DNA of 64,000 nt from the NCBI GenBank assembly GCA_964368755.1, contig CAYJCR010000001.1, forward strand, positions 3,939-67,938. The letters run 5' to 3'. The translations under genes and the position numbers were made by a program. Shown here one piece after another: positions 9,627-18,657 of the stretch (position 1 is the stretch's first letter; each line of letters opens with the position of its first letter). This DNA is from an uncultured Lachnospiraceae bacterium. GTDB taxonomy: Bacteria; Bacillota; Clostridia; Christensenellales; UBA1242. The notes under the pieces are model-generated. The model was given only the letters and a program-made list of their open reading frames with translations. It ran no database searches and was not told the DNA's origin.

Positions 9627-11258
9627 ATGGATATAGTATATGGTTTGGCAACCTTTTTTGCTGGACTTGGACTATTGCTATTCAGTATCAAACTGGTAGG
9701 TGAGTCGTTAGAGAAGACTTCTGGTGCAAGACTAAGAAAAAGTTTTTCTACAATGACCAACAATAAGTTCAAAGCAGCAGGTCTTGGGTTGGGAGTTACA
9801 TTACTGTTACAAAGTTCGACTGCTGCAATTGTTATGACAGTTGCACTTTGTGATGCTGGCGTTATTGCTTTCCTTCAGACTATACCATTAGTTATGGGCA
9901 TCAATGTTGGAAGTTCTATCACTTTGATACTTGTATCGTTCGGTAGTATCAAGGTTGTTCAAATACTTTGTATTCTTGTTTTTGTTGGCGCTGTGATTTT
10001 CATTTTTGCTAAAAGTCCTTTTTTGAAAAACATTGGCAAACTTGTCATTGGTCTTGGGGCATTATTCCTTGGCATTACTTTGATGTCAAGTGGTATGGCA
10101 GTTCTTAATGATCACAACATTTTTGCTTTTATCACACAAGTCACTAATCCTGCCCTACTTATACTTGTGTTCATGCTATTTACTTGTGTGCTTCAGACTT
10201 CTATGGGAGCGGCAGCTATACTTGTAACATTCTTGGGAACAGCAGGCATCAGTGGTATCATGTCATTGCAATCTGCTTTGTGGGCAATGATAGGTATCAA
10301 TATCGGTACAAGTCTATCGAGTTATCTTGCAACAATAGGCGCATCTAAGAATGCTAAGCGTGCAGGGTTTATGCATATATTATTCAATACATTAGGTGCA
10401 GTTATTTGGTCAATAATATTATTGTTCGTGCCTGTATCCAAAGGTTTGTCAGCGATAACAAGTATGCCAGGAATGCACATATTTATGTTCGATGTTATGT
10501 TCAACCTTGGGACTCTCATTGTGCTATTCCCATTCTCGAAGTTGTGGTATAAACTTGTGATGAAGATATTTCCTGATAAGAAAAAACACGGTTCGAACAA
10601 AGTTTCTGTCAATGTCAAAGGATTGCTAGATACTCCTACAATAGCGCTTGGTTCTCTTATCAATAAGACAACCGATATATACAAGAGATCTGCAGAATTG
10701 TCATTGCAAAGTATAGACTATGTGCTATTCCATGATGAAAAGATCAAGTCACTTATTCAGAGAGATTGTATGAGTATTGATGAATCTCTCAACGAACTGG
10801 AGAACGGAATACTTCAAGTATCTACTGATGCTTCAGCAAGCGACCAAGACAAGATCAAGAAGACTTTGGATATCATTCAGCGTAACAAAGATATCTCCAA
10901 GTCAATAAAGAAACTTATTGTGTGTGGCATTGGGGCACCTAAGTCTGCACTTACTATTCAAGAGAAAAAAGACATTGGGTTATTGCAAGACAAACTTAGA
11001 CTTATGATTATCGCTTCGCTTACAGCGTTCGATGTTATGGACTTGGATCTTGTTATGGAGAGAGAACCTCTCATTGTAAGAGTTCTCGAGCTTGGTGCAC
11101 AAATCAATAACATCAAAGTAACCATGAAAGAATCAGCTGTTGGTAAGGTCAAAGAAAATAAGAAAACTATTGCTAACTTCACAACACTTACCACTATCCT
11201 CAATGAGATAGAATGGTTGGGCGAGAAGTTTACGGCAGTTTCTATATTAGCTTCATAA
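9627..11258 (+). CDS. Na/Pi cotransporter family protein with PhoU-like C-terminal region
   Basis: N-terminus MDIVYGLATFFAGLGLLLFSIKLVGESLEKTSGARLR is typical of NptA-type transporters. Multiple TM segments are followed by a soluble helical C-domain. Confidence 0.8.
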   Translation: MDIVYGLATFFAGLGLLLFSIKLVGESLEKTSGARLRKSFSTMTNNKFKAAGLGLGVTLLLQSSTAAIVMTVALCDAGVIAFLQTIPLVMGINVGSSITLILVSFGSIKVVQILCILVFVGAVIFIFAKSPFLKNIGKLVIGLGALFLGITLMSSGMAVLNDHNIFAFITQVTNPALLILVFMLFTCVLQTSMGAAAILVTFLGTAGISGIMSLQSALWAMIGINIGTSLSSYLATIGASKNAKRAGFMHILFNTLGAVIWSIILLFVPVSKGLSAITSMPGMHIFMFDVMFNLGTLIVLFPFSKLWYKLVMKIFPDKKKHGSNKVSVNVKGLLDTPTIALGSLINKTTDIYKRSAELSLQSIDYVLFHDEKIKSLIQRDCMSIDESLNELENGILQVSTDASASDQDKIKKTLDIIQRNKDISKSIKKLIVCGIGAPKSALTIQEKKDIGLLQDKLRLMIIASLTAFDVMDLDLVMEREPLIVRVLELGAQINNIKVTMKESAVGKVKENKKTIANFTTLTTILNEIEWLGEKFTAVSILAS

Positions 11259-11279
11259 AAAAACTACAAGGAGAAGATT

Positions 11280-12467
11280 ATGAAAAAGAATATCAAAGAC
11301 TTAGATGTATCAGGAAAGAAGGTATTGTTGAGGGTGGATTTCAATGTTCCACTAGACGAAGAGGGTAATATCATAGACGACAACCGTATTATGGAGAGTC
11401 TATCTACTATCAACTATCTTATTGAAAATAAAGCAAAGGTTATCATTTGCTCTCATCTTGGTCGTCCAGAAGGAGAAGTCAACAAGAAGTATTCTTTGGC
11501 TCCTGTAGCAAAGAGACTTGAGCAATTGGTCAAAGCGAAGGTGTACTTCGCAGAGGACACAGTAGGCAAAGATGCTAAGGCCAAAGCAAAGCTATTGGAA
11601 GATGGCGAGATCCTTCTTCTCGAGAACTTAAGGTTCCAGAAAGAAGAAGAGGAGAACGACCCAGCATTTTGCAAGAAGCTTGCTACTTTTGCTGATATAT
11701 ATGTTAATGATGCTTTTGGTACATCTCACCGTAAGCATGCCTCTGTATATGGTGTTGCTAAGTTGTTGCCAAATGCAGTTGGTTTCTTAGTAGGCAAAGA
11801 ACTCAAAGTTATCAATCAGATACTTGATGAGCCAAAAAGACCATTTGTAGCAATACTTGGTGGTGCTAAGGTTAAGGATAAAATAAGCGTTATTGAGAAT
11901 CTTATGAACAAAGTTGACACTTTGCTCATAGGTGGAGGTATGGCATTTACTTTCCTCAAAGCAATGGGAGGCTCTATTGGAGACTCTTTGCTCGATGAAG
12001 AGAATATAGATTTTGCAAAAAAGATGATTGCACTAGCTCAAGAAAAGAAAGTTAACTTGTTATTACCAATAGATATCAAATGTGCTAAGGAGTACAGTAA
12101 CGATTCTCCAATAGTCCTATCTAAGGCTATGGAGATAGCAGATGGCTATCAAGGGCTAGATATTGGACCAAAAACTATTAAATTGTTCAAAAAAGCTATC
12201 AAAAAGGCAAAAACCGTTATCTGGAATGGACCACTCGGAGTATATGAGTTCTCTAACTTCAAGCAAGGAACAGAGAAGATTGCGAAGGCTCTCACTAAGA
12301 CCAAAGCATTTACTTTCATTGGTGGTGGCGATAGTGCAGCAGCAGTTATTAACTTGGGCTATGCAAAGAAAGTAAGTCACATCTCTACTGGTGGAGGAGC
12401 CAGTCTCAAACTCCTTGAAGGTAAGACATTGCCTGGAATAGATGTTATAGATGATAAGAAGGACTAA
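11280..12467 (+). CDS. pgk: Phosphoglycerate kinase
   Basis: RVDFNVPL, SHLGRP and FGTSHR motifs, plus full-length similarity. GGAG RBS. Confidence 0.97.
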   Translation: MKKNIKDLDVSGKKVLLRVDFNVPLDEEGNIIDDNRIMESLSTINYLIENKAKVIICSHLGRPEGEVNKKYSLAPVAKRLEQLVKAKVYFAEDTVGKDAKAKAKLLEDGEILLLENLRFQKEEEENDPAFCKKLATFADIYVNDAFGTSHRKHASVYGVAKLLPNAVGFLVGKELKVINQILDEPKRPFVAILGGAKVKDKISVIENLMNKVDTLLIGGGMAFTFLKAMGGSIGDSLLDEENIDFAKKMIALAQEKKVNLLLPIDIKCAKEYSNDSPIVLSKAMEIADGYQGLDIGPKTIKLFKKAIKKAKTVIWNGPLGVYEFSNFKQGTEKIAKALTKTKAFTFIGGGDSAAAVINLGYAKKVSHISTGGGASLKLLEGKTLPGIDVIDDKKD

Positions 12468-12471
12468 TAAT

Positions 12472-13998
12472 ATGAGGTTTTGTACATTAGTAATACTAGA
12501 CGGCTTTGGGGAGAATAAGAATAAGAAAGGCAATGCTATTCGTATCGCTGGTACTCCTTTTATTGATAGCCTCAAACAGAAGTATCCAACGACATATATT
12601 GATGCTAGTGGCGAAGCTGTGGGCAAAGTCGCAGGGCAGATGGGCGATAGTGAAGTCGGGCATATGAATATGGGATCTGGCAGAGTTGTTATGCAGAATA
12701 TTTTGCTTATCAACAAGGCTATTGAAGATAAGAGTTTCTTCACGAACCCAAGAATAATGCAAGTTATGAACCATGTCAAAGAGAATAATTCGAGTCTACA
12801 CTTGTTTGGACTTTTGTCTGACGGCGGGGTTCATAGTATGTATCAACACTTGTTCGCATATATCAAGATGGCCAAACTCCAAGGCATTAAGAAAGTTTAT
12901 ATTCATGCTATTACTGACGGTAGAGATACCGGCACGCATAGTGCAAAGAATTATATAGATTTGTTAGAGAAATATATAAGCAAAGTTGGAGTTGGCGTGA
13001 TCGCTTCTATCTGTGGTAGAGTATATGCTATGGATAGGGAGAAGAATTATGACCGTATTGAGAAGTTCTACAACGCACTTGTCTACGGCAAGGGCAAGAA
13101 GTTCTCTTCAGCAAACGAAGCTATTGAGTCGAGTTACAAAGACGGCACAACAGATGAGTTTGTTATGCCATCTCTAATCGAAGATAATGGAGTTGTCCAT
13201 ACTCTCAAAGATAATGACGGAGTTATCTTCTTCAATTATCGCAAAGATAGAGCAAAGCAGATATTGGAAGCTTTGACTTATGAAGACTTCGATAAGTTCC
13301 ATACAGAGAAGTTCAAGAATATCAAAGTCTTGACCCCTATAATGATAAGCAAAGATTTGACAAAAGTATTGTATGCTTTTGACAATCAATTGCTCAAAAA
13401 TGGATTGTCAGAGTATTTGTCCAAACTAGGCTATAGTCAACTCAAAGTATCTGAGACAACAAAATATGCTCATGTCACATACTACTTCAATGGGGCGATA
13501 GAAGACCCATTTGTATCTGAAGATAGGAGATTATTCCCATCTGACAACTTGCAGAATTTTGCAGAAAAGCCAAAAATGCAAGCAGACAAAGTGTCTGAAT
13601 ATGTAGTAGAGGCAACTTCAAAAGACAAATACAAATTAATAGTAGTCAATATCTGTAATGGAGATATGATAGGTCATACTGGCGATATGCAAGCAAGCCT
13701 TGAAGCTGTCAAAGTTATAGATAAGGTTACCGAAAAAATGGTGAATGCTACACTTGAAAATGGTGGATTTGCTATAGTTACTGCCGACCACGGCAATATA
13801 GAGCAGATGTTTGATAGTAAGGGCGAGCCATTCACTGCACATACGACTAACAAAGTTCCATTCATAGTGGTAGATGATAAGAGTATTGGCAAGACACTAT
13901 CAAGCGATGGCAAACTTGCAGATATAGCACCAACAATACTCGACCTTCTTGGACTTGAAGTTCCAGTTGAGATGAATGGTAAGAGTCTATTGAATTAG
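12472..13998 (+). CDS. gpmI: 2,3-bisphosphoglycerate-independent phosphoglycerate mutase
   Basis: LVILDGFG, GDSEVGHMNMGSGR, TDGRD and TADHGN motifs. Start set at MRFCTLVILDG. Confidence 0.95.
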   Translation: MRFCTLVILDGFGENKNKKGNAIRIAGTPFIDSLKQKYPTTYIDASGEAVGKVAGQMGDSEVGHMNMGSGRVVMQNILLINKAIEDKSFFTNPRIMQVMNHVKENNSSLHLFGLLSDGGVHSMYQHLFAYIKMAKLQGIKKVYIHAITDGRDTGTHSAKNYIDLLEKYISKVGVGVIASICGRVYAMDREKNYDRIEKFYNALVYGKGKKFSSANEAIESSYKDGTTDEFVMPSLIEDNGVVHTLKDNDGVIFFNYRKDRAKQILEALTYEDFDKFHTEKFKNIKVLTPIMISKDLTKVLYAFDNQLLKNGLSEYLSKLGYSQLKVSETTKYAHVTYYFNGAIEDPFVSEDRRLFPSDNLQNFAEKPKMQADKVSEYVVEATSKDKYKLIVVNICNGDMIGHTGDMQASLEAVKVIDKVTEKMVNATLENGGFAIVTADHGNIEQMFDSKGEPFTAHTTNKVPFIVVDDKSIGKTLSSDGKLADIAPTILDLLGLEVPVEMNGKSLLN

Positions 13999-14016
13999 AA
14001 TAATGGAGGGAATAAT

Positions 14017-14766
14017 ATGAACAAAACAGTTATTGCGAACTTCAAGATGAATAAGACAGTAAGAGAGACCAAAGAGTATATTGGTGAACTTGCACACAAA
14101 CTAGTTAGTAATGTTGTTGTTGGCTTCTGTCCACCATATACGGCACTCAAATCTGCAGCAACAAGAGCCAAGGGCACTGAGATACTTGTTGGAGCACAGA
14201 ATATCCATGAGATGGACAAGGGTGCGTACACTGGGGATATCTCAGCAGAGATGGTCAAAGAGACAGGAGCAACTTTTACACTCATAGGTCATAGCGAGAG
14301 AAGGAAGTATTACAAAGAGACTAATGCTACTGTCAATACAAAGATACTCAAAGCACTCAAAGTAGGACTTAATATTGTATTATGTGTTGGAGAGACTCTT
14401 CAAGAACGTAATCAAGAGAAGACAGCACAAGTGTTGACAACACAGGTTTGTGAAGCACTCAAAGATGTGTATGGTAATGAACTCAAATGCTTGACTATAG
14501 CATATGAGCCCGTATGGGCAATAGGCACAGGCAAAGTGCCTACAGCCAAACAAATAGAAGAAGCAATGTCAATTATTAGGAAAAACATTGCCAAGATGTA
14601 TAGCAAAGATATAGCAGAGAAGATGACTATTCTTTATGGCGGAAGCGTTGATGAGAAGAATAGCAAAGAAATATCTCGAATCAAAGGCGTAGACGGAGCA
14701 CTCGTAGGCGGTGCTGGGCTAAATGCAGAAAGATTTGGCATGATAATCAGCAACTTTTCTTTGTAA
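14017..14766 (+). CDS. tpiA: Triosephosphate isomerase
   Basis: NFKMN, IGHSERR, AYEPVWAIGTG and YGGSV motifs. Confidence 0.95.
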   Translation: MNKTVIANFKMNKTVRETKEYIGELAHKLVSNVVVGFCPPYTALKSAATRAKGTEILVGAQNIHEMDKGAYTGDISAEMVKETGATFTLIGHSERRKYYKETNATVNTKILKALKVGLNIVLCVGETLQERNQEKTAQVLTTQVCEALKDVYGNELKCLTIAYEPVWAIGTGKVPTAKQIEEAMSIIRKNIAKMYSKDIAEKMTILYGGSVDEKNSKEISRIKGVDGALVGGAGLNAERFGMIISNFSL

Positions 14767-14775
14767 TAATCAGTA

Positions 14776-14804
14776 TTGACATATGTCGCAATTTGCATTA
14801 TACT
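14776..14804 (+). promoter_or_regulatory. Candidate sigma-A promoter
   Basis: TTGACA - 17 nt - TATACT immediately after tpiA. Confidence 0.5.
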
Positions 14805-14827
14805 ACTCCTAATCAAGGGGATAGTTA

Positions 14828-15040
14828 ATGAGCGGACTCTGGACAGATTTTGTGAATTATATAAGAGGAATATCTACGCCAGTTAGATTTGTACTTATTG
14901 CTGCATTTGCAATAGTGTGCTTGCTTTTTCTTAAGACTTTTATGAACAAGAATGTTCAGAAAGACAAACTTAAGATTGGAAGTGTGATATTGAGCATCAT
15001 TTGTCTTGTTGGAATTGCGTTACTTATCAAATACTGTTAA
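14828..15040 (+). CDS. Small two-TM membrane protein, hypothetical
   Basis: 70-aa ORF with an AAGGGGA RBS and two hydrophobic helices. No recognisable family. Confidence 0.45.
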   Translation: MSGLWTDFVNYIRGISTPVRFVLIAAFAIVCLLFLKTFMNKNVQKDKLKIGSVILSIICLVGIALLIKYC

Positions 15041-15066
15041 TTGTCCACAAAAAAATATAAAAACAT

Positions 15067-15095
15067 TTGCATAAACTATTAGATTATGCTAGAAT
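15067..15095 (+). promoter_or_regulatory. Candidate promoter of secG
   Basis: TTGCAT - 17 nt - TAGAAT with a TGc extended -10. Confidence 0.5.
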
Positions 15096-15118
15096 GTCAT
15101 CTATAAGGGAGTAAGAAA

Positions 15119-15433
15119 ATGACAAAATTATTTAATCTACTTGCGTTTGCTAATCCAGCTTGGGTTACATCGTCATTTCCAGTTATTAGGAAAATATGTA
15201 TAATACTTATTGCTATCGTAGCACTAGCACTTATTGTTATCATTATGATGCAATCAAGTTCAAGCAGTGGTGGTACCAATGCATTGTCAGGTGAAGTAGA
15301 GAGTTATTATGCACAGAACAAAGGCAAGAACAAAGCCGGCAGATTACATTTGTTGACAATCATATGTTCTTCATGCCTAGCTGGACTTACTGTTATATAC
15401 TTCATATTCACAGCAATATATGCAGGAGCATAA
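15119..15433 (+). CDS. secG: Preprotein translocase subunit SecG (N-terminally extended)
   Basis: LALIVIIMMQSSSSSGGTNALSG...KNKAGRLHLLTIICSSCLAGLTVIY aligns with B. subtilis SecG (IIVVLLQSSKSAGLSGAISG...LHRITVVLAVLFF). The conserved secG-rnr-smpB-ssrA order supports the call. Confidence 0.7.
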   Translation: MTKLFNLLAFANPAWVTSSFPVIRKICIILIAIVALALIVIIMMQSSSSSGGTNALSGEVESYYAQNKGKNKAGRLHLLTIICSSCLAGLTVIYFIFTAIYAGA

Positions 15434-15450
15434 AGAATAATTATAATGAA

Positions 15451-15474
15451 TAGGGCTTTCGCCTTATTTTTTTT
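15451..15474 (+). terminator. Rho-independent terminator after secG
   Basis: TAGGGC tttc GCCTTA hairpin followed by T8. Confidence 0.6.
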
Positions 15475-15561
15475 GCTCAAAATCATATGATATTTTTTTA
15501 TCTTATGATACAATTAAGTATACAATGGGAAAAATGAAAGTTTTTATAAAAGGCGAAAACA

Positions 15562-17670
15562 ATGAAATTTAAACAATTATTATTAGATTTGCTATGCAAA
15601 AGAAAGTATTCTTATAAAGAAATCAAAGGCCTTGCTTATGACTTAATAGGACAATGTGAGATTACTCTAGAAGAAGCATACGAGTTGATCAACGAGATGT
15701 TTGATGATGGGGATATCTACGAAGTCGCCAAAGGTAAGTTTATGGCGAGCAAAGCTTTGGGACTCAAGAAGGGAACATTTTGCGGATCATCAAAAGAATT
15801 CGGTTTTTGTCAAACGGAAGATGATGACGAAGATATCTTTTTGCCACCCAATGCTACAGGTGGAGCATATAACCGTGATACAGTCTTAGTCAAACTCAAT
15901 CCTAACTCGCAAGGCAAGAATAGAGATGGGCGTGTAGTCAAGATATTGAGTAGAGGTAGTACTCAAGTTGTAGGTACGTATCACTATTACAAAAATCATG
16001 GCATAGTATACCCTGATGATAAGAGATTTGGGCATAATATATTTATTATGAGAGGTGATAATCTTAGAGCCAAAGAAGGTGACAAGGTTGTTGTGTCTGT
16101 AACAAAGTTTGGAAGCAAAGCCGATGTTTATGGCAAAGTAATCGAGCTTATTGGAGATATTAATATCAAAGGTAACGATGTATTGTCAATCATTAGGAAC
16201 TACAAACTATATGAAGAGTTCCCTGATAATGTGTTGAGTTTTGCTAGAACAATTCCTTCCAAAGTCACAGACAAAGAGATGAATGGTAGACGCGACTTGA
16301 GAAGTTTGCGTACATTCACTATTGATGGCGAAGATGCCAAAGACTTCGACGATGCAGTCTCTATTGAGAAGAATGCCGATGGTACGGTTAAGCTTGGAGT
16401 TCATATCGCAGATGTTAGCCATTATGTCACACAGGATTCTGTACTTGACAAAGAGGCTTTTGAGAGAGGTACCAGTGTGTACTTCCCAGACAGAGTACTT
16501 CCAATGCTTCCTGTCGAACTCTCTAACGGGATATGTTCACTCAATCCTGATGTTGATAGATTGACATTAACGGTATTTATGGACTTAGATATCAATGCTA
16601 ATGTTGTAAGACACGAGATATGTGAGAGTGTTATATATTCTTGTCATAGACTTACTTATACTCAAGTACAGAAAGTGCTTGATGGAGATGAAGAGCAGAG
16701 GGCTCGTATTAGCGATGTCGCAGATGATCTTGTCCTAATGGCAGAGTATGCTAAGAAGATGGAAGATAATCGTGTTGCAAGAGGCGCTCTTGACTTCAAT
16801 ATACCAGAGACTTTTGTTGAAATCGATGAGAATGGTAAGACTATTGGTATAAGAGCAAGAGAAAGATATGCAGCTCATAGACTTATTGAGAGCTTCATGG
16901 TAATATGCAATGAAGTCGTTGCAGAAGAAATGTGCAATAAGAACTTGCCATTTGTATACCGTGTCCATGAAAAACCAGCAATAGACAGAATGACCAACTT
17001 CATTGGATTCATTGAGTCCTTGGGAGTAAGTGTTGATATTGACCTTATGAAAATAACACCAAAGCAACTTCAGCAAGTGCTTGATTCGGTCAAAGACCTT
17101 CCTTATCAGAAGGTTATCAATACTGTAATGTTACGTTCTTTGAAAAAAGCTCGTTATCATCAAGAATGCCTAGGGCACTTTGGACTTGCTTCGGAGTTCT
17201 ATTGTCACTTTACTTCTCCAATAAGAAGATATCCTGACCTTATCATACATAGAATAATAAGGTTGATGTTACACAATAAGATTGGTGGCTCAAGAGACTT
17301 TATGGACAATTATGTTGCGAAGTCATCTCTTCAATCAAGTGAGAGAGAACGTCTTGCTGATGAAGCTGAGAGAGCAGTTGATGATCTAAAGAAAGCTGAG
17401 TATTTGCAATCTCATATCGGAGAAGAGTTCGAAGGTGTTATATCTGGCGTTGCCGAGAAAGGTTTGTTCGTTGAACTCGACAATACTTGTGAAGGTTTTG
17501 TAAGGCTTGATAATCTTCCACAAGATTATTATTTGTGTGATGATAAGTTATATGAACTTAATGGTAAGCATAATAAATTCAAACTTGGAGAGAAGGTTTT
17601 GATCGAAGTTGAGAGAGTTAATCTTACAGAAAGAAAAGTCGATTTTATTTACAAAAAGAAGATTTTATAG
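15562..17670 (+). CDS. rnr: Ribonuclease R
   Basis: RNB-domain motifs (TIDGEDAKDFDDAVS, HIADVSHYV, FTSPIRRYPDL) and a C-terminal S1 domain (FEGVISGVAEKGLFVEL). Confidence 0.95.
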   Translation: MKFKQLLLDLLCKRKYSYKEIKGLAYDLIGQCEITLEEAYELINEMFDDGDIYEVAKGKFMASKALGLKKGTFCGSSKEFGFCQTEDDDEDIFLPPNATGGAYNRDTVLVKLNPNSQGKNRDGRVVKILSRGSTQVVGTYHYYKNHGIVYPDDKRFGHNIFIMRGDNLRAKEGDKVVVSVTKFGSKADVYGKVIELIGDINIKGNDVLSIIRNYKLYEEFPDNVLSFARTIPSKVTDKEMNGRRDLRSLRTFTIDGEDAKDFDDAVSIEKNADGTVKLGVHIADVSHYVTQDSVLDKEAFERGTSVYFPDRVLPMLPVELSNGICSLNPDVDRLTLTVFMDLDINANVVRHEICESVIYSCHRLTYTQVQKVLDGDEEQRARISDVADDLVLMAEYAKKMEDNRVARGALDFNIPETFVEIDENGKTIGIRARERYAAHRLIESFMVICNEVVAEEMCNKNLPFVYRVHEKPAIDRMTNFIGFIESLGVSVDIDLMKITPKQLQQVLDSVKDLPYQKVINTVMLRSLKKARYHQECLGHFGLASEFYCHFTSPIRRYPDLIIHRIIRLMLHNKIGGSRDFMDNYVAKSSLQSSERERLADEAERAVDDLKKAEYLQSHIGEEFEGVISGVAEKGLFVELDNTCEGFVRLDNLPQDYYLCDDKLYELNGKHNKFKLGEKVLIEVERVNLTERKVDFIYKKKIL

Positions 17671-17753
17671 AAAAAATCAACAAAAAACATATATTTTAAT
17701 GATTTTTTTACGATATTTATATGTCAAAGTGTACAAATAAAAAAAATAAGGTA

Positions 17754-17781
17754 TTGCAAAATATATTTATTATGTTATAAT
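17754..17781 (+). promoter_or_regulatory. Candidate promoter of smpB
   Basis: TTGCAA - 16 nt - TATAAT with a TGt extended -10. Confidence 0.45.
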
Positions 17782-17795
17782 AAAGGGGTCACAGT

Positions 17796-18239
17796 ATGAA
17801 AGTTATAGTCTTTAATAAGAAGGCTACCTTCAACTACTTTATTTTAGACAAGATAGAAGCAGGTATTGTATTACAAGGTTGCGAGATCAAATCTCTTCGC
17901 GAAGGCGGAATGAGTTTGAACGATAGCTTCATCATTATTCGTAATGGTGAGATGTTCTTGAAGAACGCATATATCAAACCTTACAGCAAGACGGCAGCTT
18001 TTGTTCCAGACCCACGTCAGGACAGGAAGTTGTTGCTTCACAAACTTGAGATAGAGAAGTTGAATGCAAAGGTTAGTCAAAAAGGTTATACACTTGTCCC
18101 AGTCAAAGTTTATTTTGTTGATTCGCTCGTCAAGGTGGAAGTCGGGTTAGCCAAAGGTAAACAACTTTTTGATAAAAAAGAAACTATCAAAGAAAGAGAC
18201 TGTATAAAGGACTTGGAGAGACAAACCAAACTGTTATAA
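17796..18239 (+). CDS. smpB: SsrA-binding protein
   Basis: NKKATFNYFILDKIEAGIVLQGCEIKS ... RKLLLHKLEI is a typical SmpB. It lies directly upstream of the tmRNA. Confidence 0.95.
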   Translation: MKVIVFNKKATFNYFILDKIEAGIVLQGCEIKSLREGGMSLNDSFIIIRNGEMFLKNAYIKPYSKTAAFVPDPRQDRKLLLHKLEIEKLNAKVSQKGYTLVPVKVYFVDSLVKVEVGLAKGKQLFDKKETIKERDCIKDLERQTKLL

Positions 18240-18249
18240 CTCTTATTTA

Positions 18250-18598
18250 GGGGGCGATTTGGTTTCGACGGAGAAGTGTGATTGTAGTAAAGCGTGTCGC
18301 AGGCTCGGCTGCGTAATAACGGAAATTAAATTAAACGCAAAAACAAACACTAGCGCTGTTGCCGCATAATAATAGCAACTGTTTGACTTAGAATTGCTCA
18401 TTGGCTTTGTTCAAGCATCAAATTAAATGAGAAACTTCATACAAAATTGCCTTATTTTGTAAGTCGTATCTAAAGGCTGGTTGTATTGTATATGTTAATA
18501 TGTGCAATGCAATGAGACAAAAAACTATTAACTACACACCGTAGAAAAGCTACTTTTAACTTTTTCGGACATGGGTTCAACTCCCATCGCTTCCACCA
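18250..18598 (+). ncRNA. ssrA: tmRNA (transfer-messenger RNA)
   Basis: 5' end GGGGGCGATTTGGTTTCGACGG and 3' end GGACATGGGTTCAACTCCCATCGCTTCCACCA (tRNA-Ala-like acceptor/T-arm). Internal tag frame is GCA AAA ACA AAC ACT AGC GCT GTT GCC GCA TAA TAA TAG (18337-18372), giving AKTNTSAVAA. Confidence 0.93.
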
Positions 18599-18657
18599 AA
18601 AACCTTTTCTCACAACGTTGTTGCTTGAGAGCAAACTTAAGACTCGGAGGAATTATT

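Noticed and set aside
12156-12779. 207-aa minus-strand ORF spanning the pgk-gpmI junction. Similar long antisense ORFs occur at 44721-45296, 29541-30086, 30207-30638, 24219-24740, 32162-32608, 8184-8594 and 47550-47960.
   Set aside because: All lie antisense to well-supported, motif-rich genes. They have low-complexity or hydrophobic translations with no recognisable motifs and no SD, and are typical shadow ORFs of AT-rich coding DNA.
18571-18657. ORF-track start of the 419-aa ORF at 18571, which would overlap the last 28 nt of the tmRNA.
   Set aside because: The upstream part translates the tmRNA T-arm and acceptor (MGSTPIAST...). A GGAGG SD precedes the internal ATG at 18658, which begins a TM helix.
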